A stretch of DNA of 64,000 nucleotides from an uncultured bacterium (lineage in GTDB: Bacteria > Armatimonadota > Hebobacteria > Hebobacterales > Hebobacteraceae): contig CAZLHI010000002.1 of NCBI GenBank assembly GCA_964559435.1, forward strand, positions 1,168 through 65,167, in the 5' to 3' direction. The first letter of the stretch is position 1. The number at the start of each line of letters is the position of its first letter. Both the position numbers and the translations under genes were made by a program. Positions 39,926 to 50,491 of the stretch are shown one piece after another. The notes beneath the pieces are model-generated. The model saw only the letters and a list, made by a program, of their open reading frames with translations, had not been told where the DNA came from and made no database searches.

Positions 39926-40786
39926 ATGCCAGAGCCGAGGCCTTTTCGGCTGATTGCACTCGACCTCGACGGCACTCTGCTCGACGACCAGAGGAACATC
40001 TCTTCCGCGGACGAAGCCGCTCTCAGGCGCTTCTTTTCTGGCGGGGGCACCGTCGTCCTCGCCTCCGGCCGCATGACACCGAACATCCGACCGTTCTACG
40101 ATGCGATCGGCATCGACGGACCCACGATAGGATACAACGGCGCTCTCGCCCGAGATTCACGGGCGGCCGGCAGCGGCGTCATCCTGGAAACGCCAGTGCC
40201 GGCTCGCTATGGCGACGAGATCATCGAGTATACACGTCGTGAGCACTTCCACCTCAACTACTACATCGGCGAGAAGCTATACGCGCGGGAGGACCCCGAT
40301 CTCCGGCGCTTTGCTGAGCTTTACTCGCGCCAGACCGGTGCGCTGTTTCGTTTCGTGCCCGACCTCGAGCGTTTCAAAGGAAGCGAGCCCACGAAGCTCA
40401 TTATCATCACCGACCCGACTGTCCCGGAGCGGCCGGACCCCCGGCATCGGGATGAGCTCTATGACTTCTGGTACGCGCGCTGGGGAGAGGAACTCGGGGT
40501 GATGCTCTACAAGACAAATCCCGAGTACCTCGAATTCTGCCACCGGGACGCAAGCAAGGGGACAGCGCTGCTGGCCGTCGCCCGACACTACGGAATCGAG
40601 CAGTCGCTCACCATGGCATTCGGCGACAACTTCAACGACGTCTCGATGCTCCGTGCCGCCGGCTGCGGCGTAGCGGTCGCGAACGCGAACCAGGAGGCCC
40701 TCGAGGCCGCAGACTGGGTATCGCCTTTGAGCAACAATGAGAGTGCAGTTGCGGACGCCATCGAACGTCTGGTGACCGATGTGTAG
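39926..40786 (+). CDS. Cof-type HAD-IIB hydrolase
   Basis: DLDGTLL, ASGR, SKG, FGDNFNDVSM. Confidence 0.93.
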   Translation: MPEPRPFRLIALDLDGTLLDDQRNISSADEAALRRFFSGGGTVVLASGRMTPNIRPFYDAIGIDGPTIGYNGALARDSRAAGSGVILETPVPARYGDEIIEYTRREHFHLNYYIGEKLYAREDPDLRRFAELYSRQTGALFRFVPDLERFKGSEPTKLIIITDPTVPERPDPRHRDELYDFWYARWGEELGVMLYKTNPEYLEFCHRDASKGTALLAVARHYGIEQSLTMAFGDNFNDVSMLRAAGCGVAVANANQEALEAADWVSPLSNNESAVADAIERLVTDV

Positions 40787-40800
40787 AGACTCCGCGTGCC

Positions 40801-42057
40801 CTACCGAGCGAGTCTTCTGAGGTCCCCGCTGGGATCGAATCTCAGCCTGGCGGGCCGCCCCACAACTGTTACCCGCGGGTGTCTGTGAGCTTCTTCGAGA
40901 AGCCCCTCGGATATCCACATGCGGCCCAACTGCAGTGTGTCCGCGATCCGTACGATGCGTACGTGCGCCGAATCCTGCTCGCCGATGCCCCTGAGAGCGG
41001 CGCGCAGAAGTTCCAGGTCGTTTGCGAGGGCAATCGGCAGCTTAGCCCGGTTTAGGAATCCTGTGTGTAGCACATTCGTCTTGACGGCCCACCAGTCGAT
41101 CTTACGCGCCAATCTCTCCGTCACCAGGTCCGCGAGGCCGATTCCGAGCGCGTTACCACGGGAGCCTGGCGTGAGATCGAGCGCCGCGATCACAGCGATT
41201 CGGCATCCCCGGAACTCCCGCTCGCCCCAGATCATCCTTCGAGCGATGACGTGTGTGTCGAAGCCGACGCCGCTGATGTCTTTTCCAATCCAGTCGACGA
41301 GAAGCAGATCAATCTCCCGGAACGGCAATCGCGCCGCTGTGCGCCGGGCCCGGCTCAGCAGCACCTTCTCCTGGGACATGATTCTGTTCGGGCCAAGCCC
41401 CACGATCTCAGCCGTCTGATGATATCCGTTCTCGAGAACGGCGAGCCCCCCGAGGACGGGAAGGCGCTTGAGCAACATCCGGGCCGCGGCAGGAACATCC
41501 TGCTGCAGGCTCTGGCAGCCGCGGGAGTGCATTGCCGCCGCGCCCTCCCTTTTCCCAAGGCCGATGGCCAGCATCTTCACGAGGCCGCTCTCGTAGGGGC
41601 CGGCGAAATCCGTGTGCTGCTTCACTCGGTTCACCAAAATGATCCCATCGGAGTTGAGGGCCTCGCGCGCGGTGTAGATTGGGATGCCGTCGGGCGTTTG
41701 ACCCACTTGCGCAGCGGCCATTGCAGCGCGTATGGAGGCGCCTACGGACGCCCGTGTGACTCCCAGAGACGCAAGAACAGCCGTCTGCCCCTTCGATGTC
41801 GCTCCCCCGTGGCTGCCCATCGCGGGCAGCACGAAGGGCCTGCCGCCGGCTTCCTTGACGAGTTCGGCCAGCAGCCCGACGATGGTTGCGATGTTGTCGA
41901 TCCCACGGCTGCCCACGGCGATCCCGACGCGGCCGCCTCGCGGGATGTGCCGCCAGCATCCACACTGGCCCCAGGCACGACACACAGCTGCAGCCAGTCC
42001 ATTCACGCGTTTGGCATAGAGCTTCTGCTCGATCTCGACAAACCGGGGGATTCGCAT
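40801..42057 (-). CDS. lactate racemase (LarA) N-terminal-domain / DUF362-like protein
   Basis: GSRGI, PAMGSHGGAT, NRVKQHTDF, ESGLVKM, GKDISG. ATG at 42057. Confidence 0.85.
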   Translation of the reverse strand: MRIPRFVEIEQKLYAKRVNGLAAAVCRAWGQCGCWRHIPRGGRVGIAVGSRGIDNIATIVGLLAELVKEAGGRPFVLPAMGSHGGATSKGQTAVLASLGVTRASVGASIRAAMAAAQVGQTPDGIPIYTAREALNSDGIILVNRVKQHTDFAGPYESGLVKMLAIGLGKREGAAAMHSRGCQSLQQDVPAAARMLLKRLPVLGGLAVLENGYHQTAEIVGLGPNRIMSQEKVLLSRARRTAARLPFREIDLLLVDWIGKDISGVGFDTHVIARRMIWGEREFRGCRIAVIAALDLTPGSRGNALGIGLADLVTERLARKIDWWAVKTNVLHTGFLNRAKLPIALANDLELLRAALRGIGEQDSAHVRIVRIADTLQLGRMWISEGLLEEAHRHPRVTVVGRPARLRFDPSGDLRRLAR

Positions 42058-42217
42058 CGTCCTGCGTCCGGCTCCTGATTCAGCATCATGCCAACAATAG
42101 CAGTTTCGGCTGAGGTCCGGGTGATCCTGTCCCAGCCGATGGGGAGGGGTGAGCGGTCCGCGCGTCAAAGAAGTCCAGCGAAGCGATTTGCACGTAGATG
42201 CTCCCCGGAGGATCACC

Positions 42218-43183
42218 TTGCCTGAAGCCATTACTCTAGGTGAGTTGCTGGTTGATTTCGTTTCGGTTGAGAAAGACGTGTCACTTGTCGATTTGCCCAA
42301 CTTCTCCGGCGTCGCCGGGGGCGCGCCCGCCAACGTGGCGGTGGGACTCGCCCGACTCGGCGTGAGCGCGGGGTTCATCGGCAAGATCGGGAGGGACCCC
42401 TTCGGGGAGTTTCTGCGTCGAACTCTCGACAGGGAGGGGGTGGACACTGAGTTGCTTCGTATAAGCGAGGGGGCTCGTACGACGCTCGCCTTTGTCGCCA
42501 CACGCAGCGACGAGCAGAAGGACATATGCTTCTACCGTAGTCCGGGGGCCGACATGCTTCTGACGGCTGAAGAGGTAAACCGCGCCTACCTCAGCTCGGC
42601 CCGCCTGCTGCACTTCGGCTCCGTGAGTTTGAGCAGGTCGCCCGCTCGAGAGGCGACTATCCACGCGGCGCTCCTCGCGCGGACGGCTGGCCTCCTGACA
42701 TCGTATGATCCCAACTGGCGGCCGACGCTATGGGCCGATCCCGTTGAGGCGCGAGGGCGAATCTGGGAGGCGATGGCATTCGCGGACATCGTGCACTGTG
42801 CCGAGGAGGAGTGGGAGTTCATCACGGGGACAAGCGACCTTCCGTCCGGCGCTTCCAAGATACTGGCGGCCGGCCCTGGGCTGGTTGTCGTGACTCTGGG
42901 GCCGCGCGGGTGCTACTTCGACAACGGCGATGCCCGCGGAGAGATTCCGGGGTTCGAGGTCGACGCCGTCGACCCGCTCGGAGCCGGGGACGCCTTCGTG
43001 GCCGCGATGCTGTCTCAGCTCATCTATACCGAGAGGCGCCAGAAGCTGTCCGAGGAGCAATTGGGTGACGTAATGACTTATGCCAACGCTGCGGGGGCTC
43101 TCACGTGCACGCGTCGGGGAGTCATACCTTCGCTTCCGACGGCCTCTCAGCTGGACGAATTCCTTGGCTCGCGGCCCCCGTGA
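42218..43183 (+). CDS. PfkB family carbohydrate kinase (fructokinase-like)
   Basis: GGAPANVA, DPNWR, DPLGAGDAF. Confidence 0.93.
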   Translation: MPEAITLGELLVDFVSVEKDVSLVDLPNFSGVAGGAPANVAVGLARLGVSAGFIGKIGRDPFGEFLRRTLDREGVDTELLRISEGARTTLAFVATRSDEQKDICFYRSPGADMLLTAEEVNRAYLSSARLLHFGSVSLSRSPAREATIHAALLARTAGLLTSYDPNWRPTLWADPVEARGRIWEAMAFADIVHCAEEEWEFITGTSDLPSGASKILAAGPGLVVVTLGPRGCYFDNGDARGEIPGFEVDAVDPLGAGDAFVAAMLSQLIYTERRQKLSEEQLGDVMTYANAAGALTCTRRGVIPSLPTASQLDEFLGSRPP

Positions 43184-43190
43184 CCGCGCG

Positions 43191-44579
43191 CTAGTCGGTC
43201 AGCTCCTTCGCCGCCTCGCGAGTGACGACCGCTCTCAGCGCCGTGGTGGCCGCAAGTCTCACGTTGGGGTCGGGGTCCTGCAGGCACTCTGCCAACGCGC
43301 CAAGGGAATCTGGCGAGCCCATCCTCGCCAATGACCGCGCTGCTTCCGCTCTGACCATTGGATCCGGGTCGTGCAAGGCAGCCGCAAGTAGCTCTGCGGC
43401 CGCCGGCCCCAACTCGCTCAGGCGCCGGGCCCCTTCCGCTCTCTGGACCGAGTCGGGGCTGCGAAGCAGGGCCGCCGCCGCCGAAGCTTCTTCAAGTTCC
43501 TCGGCCGACAGCGTCGTCGTCGCCGCTCCCCGCTCCGCTGCAGCTATCTCGTCCTCGGTGTAGCCGAGCATTCTTAGTCCTGCCACGATAGCGCTGCGCA
43601 CGCGAGCCAATCCGTCCGTAACGGACGTGACGTCATGGCCCTCCTCCGAAAACAGCCTGGGTTCAGCTTCACAGGAGGCGAGTCCGTCCAACAGGTACTG
43701 GACTGCTCCCTCGGCGTCTATCTCGGCCAGCAACGAATAGGCCCGGGCTCGCACAAACCAGTCTGGATCAGAGCGGGCCAGCCGCTGGAGTTCGGCTGCT
43801 GCGGTTTCGCCGTTGACCCGCGCGAGCGCAGCGGCGACGGCTGCTCTGACCTCCGGATCCGGATCTGTGGTCAGCAGGGGAAGGAGCGCCTCTTTGAGAG
43901 CCTCTCCGCCGATGTTGCCCAGAGATTCGGCCGCGAGGCGCCGCGCCTGCGGGCTGAGACTCGCCAGCTGGCCGACGAGGTAGTCAGCGGCCTCATCTCC
44001 CATGTGTACCAGCGCGGCAGCGGCCGTTTCGGCAAGCCGCCGGTTTGGGGAAGAGAGAGCGCTGGCAAGCCGGATGCAGGCATAGTCGGTGTCTCGTGCG
44101 CACATGGCGCGAGCGGCCGCGCTTGCGACATCGGGATCGTCGTCGCCCAACGCCTCCAGCAATTCCTCAGTCGCACGCTCGTCGCCCACCTGGCCGAGGG
44201 CCTCTATCGCCCGAAGCTTGACGCGAAAGCTCCCTCTGCGCAGGTCTCGGTGCCACCGGTCGAGAGCCCGAGTCTGCCGCAGCACTTCGATGGCAGCGGA
44301 GCGTATGGTTTCGTCCTTCTCGGACAACAGCTCGCGCGCGGCCGCCGCGGCTGCACGGGCGTCACCGAATTCGATCAATTCCTCGGTGGCGGCCGAGCGG
44401 TCTTCCACGGCCGAGAGACTGGAGGGCGGCTCCTTCAGGCGCGCGGCGATCCGCCTGGCGCGCGCGAGCGCAGTTGCATATCGCCATCGCAGGATCAGCC
44501 GGAGGCCCACCGCGGCCCCCATGAGGCCCGCAAGGAACAGCCCGATACTTCTCACAGCGTCGTACTCGAGGTCTATCAC
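43191..44579 (-). CDS. HEAT-repeat protein with N-terminal TM, last gene of the EPS operon
   Basis: DPDPEVR, DPDWFVR, DPDPMVR, DPDPNVR repeats; starts about 20 nt after the GT2 stop. Confidence 0.88.
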   Translation of the reverse strand: MIDLEYDAVRSIGLFLAGLMGAAVGLRLILRWRYATALARARRIAARLKEPPSSLSAVEDRSAATEELIEFGDARAAAAAARELLSEKDETIRSAAIEVLRQTRALDRWHRDLRRGSFRVKLRAIEALGQVGDERATEELLEALGDDDPDVASAAARAMCARDTDYACIRLASALSSPNRRLAETAAAALVHMGDEAADYLVGQLASLSPQARRLAAESLGNIGGEALKEALLPLLTTDPDPEVRAAVAAALARVNGETAAAELQRLARSDPDWFVRARAYSLLAEIDAEGAVQYLLDGLASCEAEPRLFSEEGHDVTSVTDGLARVRSAIVAGLRMLGYTEDEIAAAERGAATTTLSAEELEEASAAAALLRSPDSVQRAEGARRLSELGPAAAELLAAALHDPDPMVRAEAARSLARMGSPDSLGALAECLQDPDPNVRLAATTALRAVVTREAAKELTD

Positions 44580-44598
44580 AGAGGCCGTTCCTCCGCCC

Positions 44599-45876
44599 TC
44601 AGCGGCTCGAAGACCGACCGGCCAGGGGTACCCGGACAGTCTTCTCCCAGCTCAGTCTCTCTTGTCTTACCACATCCAACCAGTGCGCTTTAGCGCAGAC
44701 GTAAATCCACAGCTGGCAGTACGTGAAGTACATCGCCGCGGCCACGAGAAGGTTCAATGGCGTGTGCTCACCTTCGAGGGCAAGCGCGATCGCCACCTGG
44801 AGCACGAATATCGTCAGGGCCAGCACCCAGAGAACGAGGAGAGGACCTCCTATGGGCCTGGCCAGGAGCCCCGCGATCAGACCTGCAACGAAGATCAGGT
44901 CCGAGAGGACCACGAGGAGGAAGAATACGTGGTAGATCGTCAGTAGGTGCAGCACTTCGAGCAGGAGCTCCCGGCGGCGTACGCGACCGACGCGAGGCAG
45001 GAACTTCCGCACCACATACGTGCCACCGCGCGCCCAGCGAAGGCGCTGGCGGAGCCAGACACCCCAGTGCTGTGGCTCGGGCTCCCACGTTACCGCCTGG
45101 GGCACGAACTTGACTTCGTAGCCATCCTGCCCGAGCCTCACTGTCAGCTCGGCGTCGTCGGCGATGGCGTGCACGTCCCAGCCACCTGCTCGCTCCAGGG
45201 TATCGCGTCGTATGACATAGTTCGTCCCCGGCAGTGAAGACAAACCAAACAGACGCCATCTACCAGCTTGGACGATCCATTGGAAACTGATGAACTCGAT
45301 GTTGATGCAGCGCGTCAGCAGATTGGTGGTGCGATTGAGAGTCCGTACCTTTCCGACCGCGGCTGCCAGATGGTCGTCCTCCATGAGCTCTGCGACGAGT
45401 TGGCGCAGCGATTGTGGCTCTGGGGAGTTATCCGCGTCGTACACCGCGATGAGCTCGAAGCGGGCGTACCTGACTCCGTGGTTGAGAGCATGTGATTTGC
45501 CTCTCCCGCCGAGGCCGGGCGGGATGGCGACCAGCCTCAACCTCCGATCCGTCGCCATCATGTGCTCAATCACGCGACGGGTGCGGTCGGTGGAGGAGTC
45601 ATCGATGACTATGATCTCCAGACGGTCCCGCGGGTAATCGAGGTGCAACAGGCTTTCGAGCGTGCCCGCTATCACGATTTCTTCGTTGTATGCAGGCACC
45701 AGGATGGAGACACCCGGCCATCGCTCCGGCTCCGGACCGCGCCTGCGGCGTGCCTGCCGAGAGTACCGGTAGCCAGCGAGGGTCAGTAGCACGTAGAAGC
45801 CGATCACCGACCAGACCCCGACAAGACACAGGGTCAGGATGAGATCGCGCACCAGAGCAAACGTCACGGCGTTCAC
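44599..45876 (-). CDS. processive GT2 polysaccharide synthase, YdaM-like
   Basis: PAYNEE, DDSSTD, GKS, YDAD, QRLRW (QxxRW), YFTYCQ, WEKT; reads very like Bacillus YdaM. GTG overlaps the upstream TGA. Confidence 0.9.
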   Translation of the reverse strand: MNAVTFALVRDLILTLCLVGVWSVIGFYVLLTLAGYRYSRQARRRRGPEPERWPGVSILVPAYNEEIVIAGTLESLLHLDYPRDRLEIIVIDDSSTDRTRRVIEHMMATDRRLRLVAIPPGLGGRGKSHALNHGVRYARFELIAVYDADNSPEPQSLRQLVAELMEDDHLAAAVGKVRTLNRTTNLLTRCINIEFISFQWIVQAGRWRLFGLSSLPGTNYVIRRDTLERAGGWDVHAIADDAELTVRLGQDGYEVKFVPQAVTWEPEPQHWGVWLRQRLRWARGGTYVVRKFLPRVGRVRRRELLLEVLHLLTIYHVFFLLVVLSDLIFVAGLIAGLLARPIGGPLLVLWVLALTIFVLQVAIALALEGEHTPLNLLVAAAMYFTYCQLWIYVCAKAHWLDVVRQERLSWEKTVRVPLAGRSSSR

Positions 45877-48437
45877 GGAAGTTCCTCGTAGATCTGTCGG
45901 AGCACTGGCCATGCCGCTTTTCTGTCAATCGCGGCCGAGTGATAGCACTCGATTCCGTCAGCCCCGGTTTCGCGAAGACGGTCTATGGTCTTCCCGATCT
46001 TGGCCGGGGTCATACGCTGAGAGCCGAAGTCGGTGAGCTCCACATGAAGCAGGACGCGGGCGCGCCCGTCCGTGCGGCGCGCGAGTCGCCGCGCCGTCTC
46101 CTCCGCCCAATCGTAATTGAAGGCCTTGGTGCCGTAGATCGCCGCCCACTGCTGCCAGATGACCTCGAAGTTGACCCACTCCGGCGGATAAGGGCCCTCC
46201 AGCACGGCCTCGAGGTCGAAGCCCGACTCCTCGGCCTGGCGACGCGGGCTGAGAATGGCGCCGTTGCTCCAAGCGTCACTGATCGTCATCACGTACGTAT
46301 CTATTTCTTCCTCCGCGACCGCTCGAATGCATCCCGAGAGAAAATCCGTTAGCCCCTGCGCCCGAAAGGCTCGCCACGCTCCTTCCCCGAGCGGCTCGCC
46401 CGGATGCGCCCGTGCGAAATCGTCCCGGCACACCTCGCAGTAGCATGCCTGATCGCCGAACCAGTTGACCACCGGCTCGCACAACTCAATTCCGTCCAGG
46501 GTGGGGTACCTGCGAGCCAGATCCTTCAGAAGCCCCGAGTACCACTGCCGGACCTCCGGATTGCGCGCGCACAGGAAGTAGGCTGCGTGCAGGCGCAGCG
46601 GGTTGTGCGCCCTGCCGTCTCGCGTGCGCTCACGCCACTCAGGATGCTTCTTCCACATCCCCTTATCGCGGCCACTGTAAAGCCAGGCCACTACCCTTAT
46701 GCCGCGCCTGTGGCATGCCTCCAGCACGTGCGCCAAGAGGTCCTGGCGGCCCCACTCGCTCATCGAGGCGCCGGGGTATCGCGTTCGGTAGGCTGCTCCC
46801 TCGCCCACGTTGTACGCGTAGAGGAATACGGCGTTGACTCCATTTCGCCGATAGCGCTCCGCGAGCATTCCAGCCAATTCCTTGCTAGAAACGGAAGGAC
46901 TGCTGTAGGCCCACGGATCGAGAGTCACCCCTTTGATGAAAGGCCGACGCTCCTTCTCTTTCAGCAACTCCACGATCGCGACGCTGCGCTCGGGCGCGAC
47001 AACTCGAAGGGCTCCGCCTTCGGACGCCGCCGCAGTCCGGCTCTGCTCGCTTTCCAACTGCCACCGAGGACCCAGCACGGCTTCCCTCACGCGGGCGCCC
47101 ACCGGGACGCGCAAGTCGGCGACGCCGGAGACCAGCGTCCGCCTCACGTCCTCGACTCGGACGTCGAGGTCGCGCAGATCGGCAGCCATCCAGCCCTCTG
47201 CTTCCTTGCCACGCAGAAAGCTCTGGAAGGGTTCCGGTGGCGCCCAAAGTCCGAAGGAAACCAGTGCCACCGCGTCCCGTACGGCAGAGAGCATGTTGAG
47301 CCGTTCGCTATCGGCCGGCGCTATGTAGCCGGCGTCGGTAATATTCACTGCCGCGGCGAGAACGCCTCCGGCGCAGTACGGCGGCGATTCGTCTGGCCCG
47401 GTTATTCGAAGTCGGAAGGGGTTCTCCCCGGCTGTCGGCCCGGCCCACGCCACGGGGTGCAGGCCGACCTCCCAGGCCAGCCGGAGGTGCTCACGCGGGT
47501 CCAGCCCCGTGTCGGCCACGAGGGCAACGGTGGCTCCCATGGATTCCGCCGTCCGGAGTCCCTGGACCGCGTCCGGCCTGTCCGCGAGAGGCACCTCGCG
47601 CCAGTTGGTCCAGGCCATGACCCCAACTGGGATGCCTGCTTCAAGCATCCGTCGGACCGCGTTCGGTACCTGCGTCGGCGTCGCCCACACGGGCACGTCC
47701 CGCAGAACCGGAACCAGTCGCCGCGGCCGCCCTGTATGTGGACGACCCAGGATATCATGCAAGGCGTCGGCCCAGATGCAGGCAGTCCAGAAGCGCTCCC
47801 GTCCCCAGGAAGGGCCGGCAGCGACATACCATCTGCGGTCACTTCCTGCGATGAACGGCCGCGTCTCTTCGTCGCGGCGAGCCACTGCTGGAACCGCGGT
47901 CGGGTCGTCGACCCCGAGGCGTGGGATCGCGACTCGCTCAAGGTGCCTCCGATCCCGATAGGTGATGCTCCAGTCAACGGCTTCCGGGAGCGCCTCGCCA
48001 GCCGCGACACCGATGAGCCCCATCCGCGCAATGACATCTTCCCCGAAGCTCGCGGCGCCAGGGCCGACCCACACAGCGATTCCTTTGTATTCCGCCAGGT
48101 CGGCCGAAAACCGCCTGCGTGCTGCCTCGTCCGGCTTTCCGGCGAGGTAGAAGGCACAGTAGTAGCCGACGAGTCTGCCCTCATCGTAGTGCTGCGCGGT
48201 GACGGTCTCGCAGTACTCGTCGAAGTGGGCGATCAACGTCTCGATGACGCTGGCGCTCTCAGCCACCACAGGTCCCTGAGGTCCTTCGGTCTCCGCGATC
48301 AGGAACACGCGGGCCGGACGCTCGACCGGCAGGAACGAGACCTCAGGCTGAAGGACAGCATCTGGCCGATTGACGCGACTGGAGCATCCGACGACGGAGA
48401 CAAGAAGAAGGCAGACGAGGAATCGCGCGGATATCAT
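45873..48437 (-). CDS. lipoprotein: YdaL/DUF2334-like region fused to a C-terminal GHL10/GH153-like TIM-barrel hydrolase
   Basis: Lipobox VVGC; WADALHD; C-terminal domain (GVNAVFLYAY, GIRVVAW, LCARNPEV, DGIEL) paralogous to 50492..52129. Confidence 0.72.
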   Translation of the reverse strand: MISARFLVCLLLVSVVGCSSRVNRPDAVLQPEVSFLPVERPARVFLIAETEGPQGPVVAESASVIETLIAHFDEYCETVTAQHYDEGRLVGYYCAFYLAGKPDEAARRRFSADLAEYKGIAVWVGPGAASFGEDVIARMGLIGVAAGEALPEAVDWSITYRDRRHLERVAIPRLGVDDPTAVPAVARRDEETRPFIAGSDRRWYVAAGPSWGRERFWTACIWADALHDILGRPHTGRPRRLVPVLRDVPVWATPTQVPNAVRRMLEAGIPVGVMAWTNWREVPLADRPDAVQGLRTAESMGATVALVADTGLDPREHLRLAWEVGLHPVAWAGPTAGENPFRLRITGPDESPPYCAGGVLAAAVNITDAGYIAPADSERLNMLSAVRDAVALVSFGLWAPPEPFQSFLRGKEAEGWMAADLRDLDVRVEDVRRTLVSGVADLRVPVGARVREAVLGPRWQLESEQSRTAAASEGGALRVVAPERSVAIVELLKEKERRPFIKGVTLDPWAYSSPSVSSKELAGMLAERYRRNGVNAVFLYAYNVGEGAAYRTRYPGASMSEWGRQDLLAHVLEACHRRGIRVVAWLYSGRDKGMWKKHPEWRERTRDGRAHNPLRLHAAYFLCARNPEVRQWYSGLLKDLARRYPTLDGIELCEPVVNWFGDQACYCEVCRDDFARAHPGEPLGEGAWRAFRAQGLTDFLSGCIRAVAEEEIDTYVMTISDAWSNGAILSPRRQAEESGFDLEAVLEGPYPPEWVNFEVIWQQWAAIYGTKAFNYDWAEETARRLARRTDGRARVLLHVELTDFGSQRMTPAKIGKTIDRLRETGADGIECYHSAAIDRKAAWPVLRQIYEELP

Positions 48438-50191
48438 CTGAGGACACTCCGCCGCTGGGCGACCTGCACGACATAGATGAGCAGTAGTATCACGCTCGCG
48501 CCCACCGCGAACAAGACGACACAGTGGGCAATCCTGTAGGCGGCCCTCTGGGTCACCTGCTGGGGGTCGCCTTCGAACGAGAAGACGATCTTCGGCCGCG
48601 CGCCGCGCGGGTAAGCGACAAGAATGGCACCTGGCTGCACTATCGTCTCCTCGCGTCGCTCCACATCGGGGCCCTCGAAGCGCTCCCTGGCGCCCGGCTC
48701 GGGACCGATCAGAGTCGCGTCCCAGGCGTCGGGCAGCACATCTGTGAGCAGCTGCTGCGAAGAAACCGTCTGGATCTTCAGGGAATCGTGTTTTGTCCAG
48801 TTGGGCATGTGGCGGAGGTTTGCGAACTCATAGCCCATGTTTCGCAAGCCGTTGATGAGCAGGGGGACGGCCTCAAGGGGAGCCCCAGCGTCGATGCCGG
48901 CCGTGACCCACGAGTCGGCGACGGCGGCTTGGCGACGCGCGGTTTCCAGGATGACCTCCACCTCGCCTCTCCCCTCTGTGAGCAACGGCAGGTTGTCTGG
49001 CATTACGATCTGGCCCCATGCATCCCGGCCTATCAGAAACGGCATGGCAGGAGGCATGCCGTCTTCCTCGCCTGCCGCCGAGCGGTCGAGCACTGTTGAG
49101 CACAGGCGGGCGAGTTCGACTGCCTCTTCCTCGGTCAGGACAGCACGGGGAACCGCCCAGGCCGCCGGGTAGAGGCCGCACCGGCTCAGTTCCTCGACGA
49201 CTTCGACCAAAGGGGCCGACAGCCGAGGGGCGTCTTCCTTGGCATCTGGCCCCGCATTCAACGCCAACACCGGGCCCTGTTGCCCCTCGGGTCGGACCCA
49301 GTACGGCGCAGATGCTACGATGGTGGCGCCCTCCCGCTGGGCCCCGCGGAGCACGCCCACGAGCCCGCGCTTTCTGCTCAGTCGCATGAGCTGTCCAGGC
49401 GCTGTGGTTGGTTCCAGCGCCTGCACCTCAATGGCAAAAGGGACCCCTGCTCTGTGTAGCCGACGGAGCAGTCCCGACAACCGTCCCGAATCCGTGCTCG
49501 GGCTCGCGCCGCGCACCACGACCGATGCGAGCCGGCGATCCTCATGAGGCTGGTCCAACACGTCGTGCATTTGGTCGCAGAGAATCAGATGCGTGCCCAG
49601 CTTACGAGCGCGTGCGAGCGGCAACTCGGGGAAGTACCAGAGGCGGCCGCTGCGAACCGCATACGGTCTCCGGTCAGCGGCTCTCTCGGCGGTCGCAAGA
49701 ACGGTGCACACGTCCGGCCGGGCGCAGGTGATGCGCCGAAGCGGGCCCTCTGGGCGCCAATAAGGCATGCCCTCGTAGGTGACTCGCGTGGGGGCAGGCT
49801 CCGGGGATAGTCCCCCGATCTCGAAGCCGTAGCGGCCGAGAGAGTACCGCATCGCCAGTTGGTCGAAGTTAGCCCCGAGCCAGCAGATCGTCCGATCAAG
49901 GTCATAGCAGTCTGCGAGCAGGGCCTGGGGCAGAACGGCACCGTCCCTGAGCCCCAAGTAAACCGCGACATCGTATGCGGCCAACTGCTGGGGCTCATAA
50001 CTCTGAGCCGAACAGACAGCGACATCGCCGCCGAAATGGCCGAGCAGGTCCAGCGCGGAGGCAATCAACCTCTGTTCAGCGCCCCCCGGGTCTTCGCCGG
50101 CGTCGTGAAGCAGCAGCACGTTCTGAGCCGCCGCGGGGCCCCCAGCAAGGGTGACTGCCAAGAGGAGGATGGCGGGGCCGATTCTTCCCAT
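48434..50191 (-). CDS. YdaL/DUF2334-like protein with signal peptide and C-terminal TM
   Basis: DLLGHF, ILCDQMHDVL, GVPFAI, MPDNL, LINGLRNMGYEF; stop overlaps the next ATG. Confidence 0.72.
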   Translation of the reverse strand: MGRIGPAILLLAVTLAGGPAAAQNVLLLHDAGEDPGGAEQRLIASALDLLGHFGGDVAVCSAQSYEPQQLAAYDVAVYLGLRDGAVLPQALLADCYDLDRTICWLGANFDQLAMRYSLGRYGFEIGGLSPEPAPTRVTYEGMPYWRPEGPLRRITCARPDVCTVLATAERAADRRPYAVRSGRLWYFPELPLARARKLGTHLILCDQMHDVLDQPHEDRRLASVVVRGASPSTDSGRLSGLLRRLHRAGVPFAIEVQALEPTTAPGQLMRLSRKRGLVGVLRGAQREGATIVASAPYWVRPEGQQGPVLALNAGPDAKEDAPRLSAPLVEVVEELSRCGLYPAAWAVPRAVLTEEEAVELARLCSTVLDRSAAGEEDGMPPAMPFLIGRDAWGQIVMPDNLPLLTEGRGEVEVILETARRQAAVADSWVTAGIDAGAPLEAVPLLINGLRNMGYEFANLRHMPNWTKHDSLKIQTVSSQQLLTDVLPDAWDATLIGPEPGARERFEGPDVERREETIVQPGAILVAYPRGARPKIVFSFEGDPQQVTQRAAYRIAHCVVLFAVGASVILLLIYVVQVAQRRSVLR

Positions 50192-50491
50192 GATTGCTAT
50201 GCGGATGATTCCCGTGAAGTGGAGGCGTTAATCGCCGATTTGCTCAGGGTTGGTACTAGTGTACCATGCCATGGCGATTAACGCGCACGCGACATGCGCG
50301 TAGGTCGCCGGACGAAGGGAAGACCCGGCCGGGCGCGGAGGACACCCGACCGGGCCTTTGCCTGCGGCACCGATCCGGCACATGAGCGGAGTCGGCACGC
50401 GGCTGGTGTGGGCCACTGCCCCCTGCCTCCGACCCCCTGCCCTCAGGGGCGGAGGAGCACTGTCGGTCACCACGAGTCGCCCTCTCCGCTG

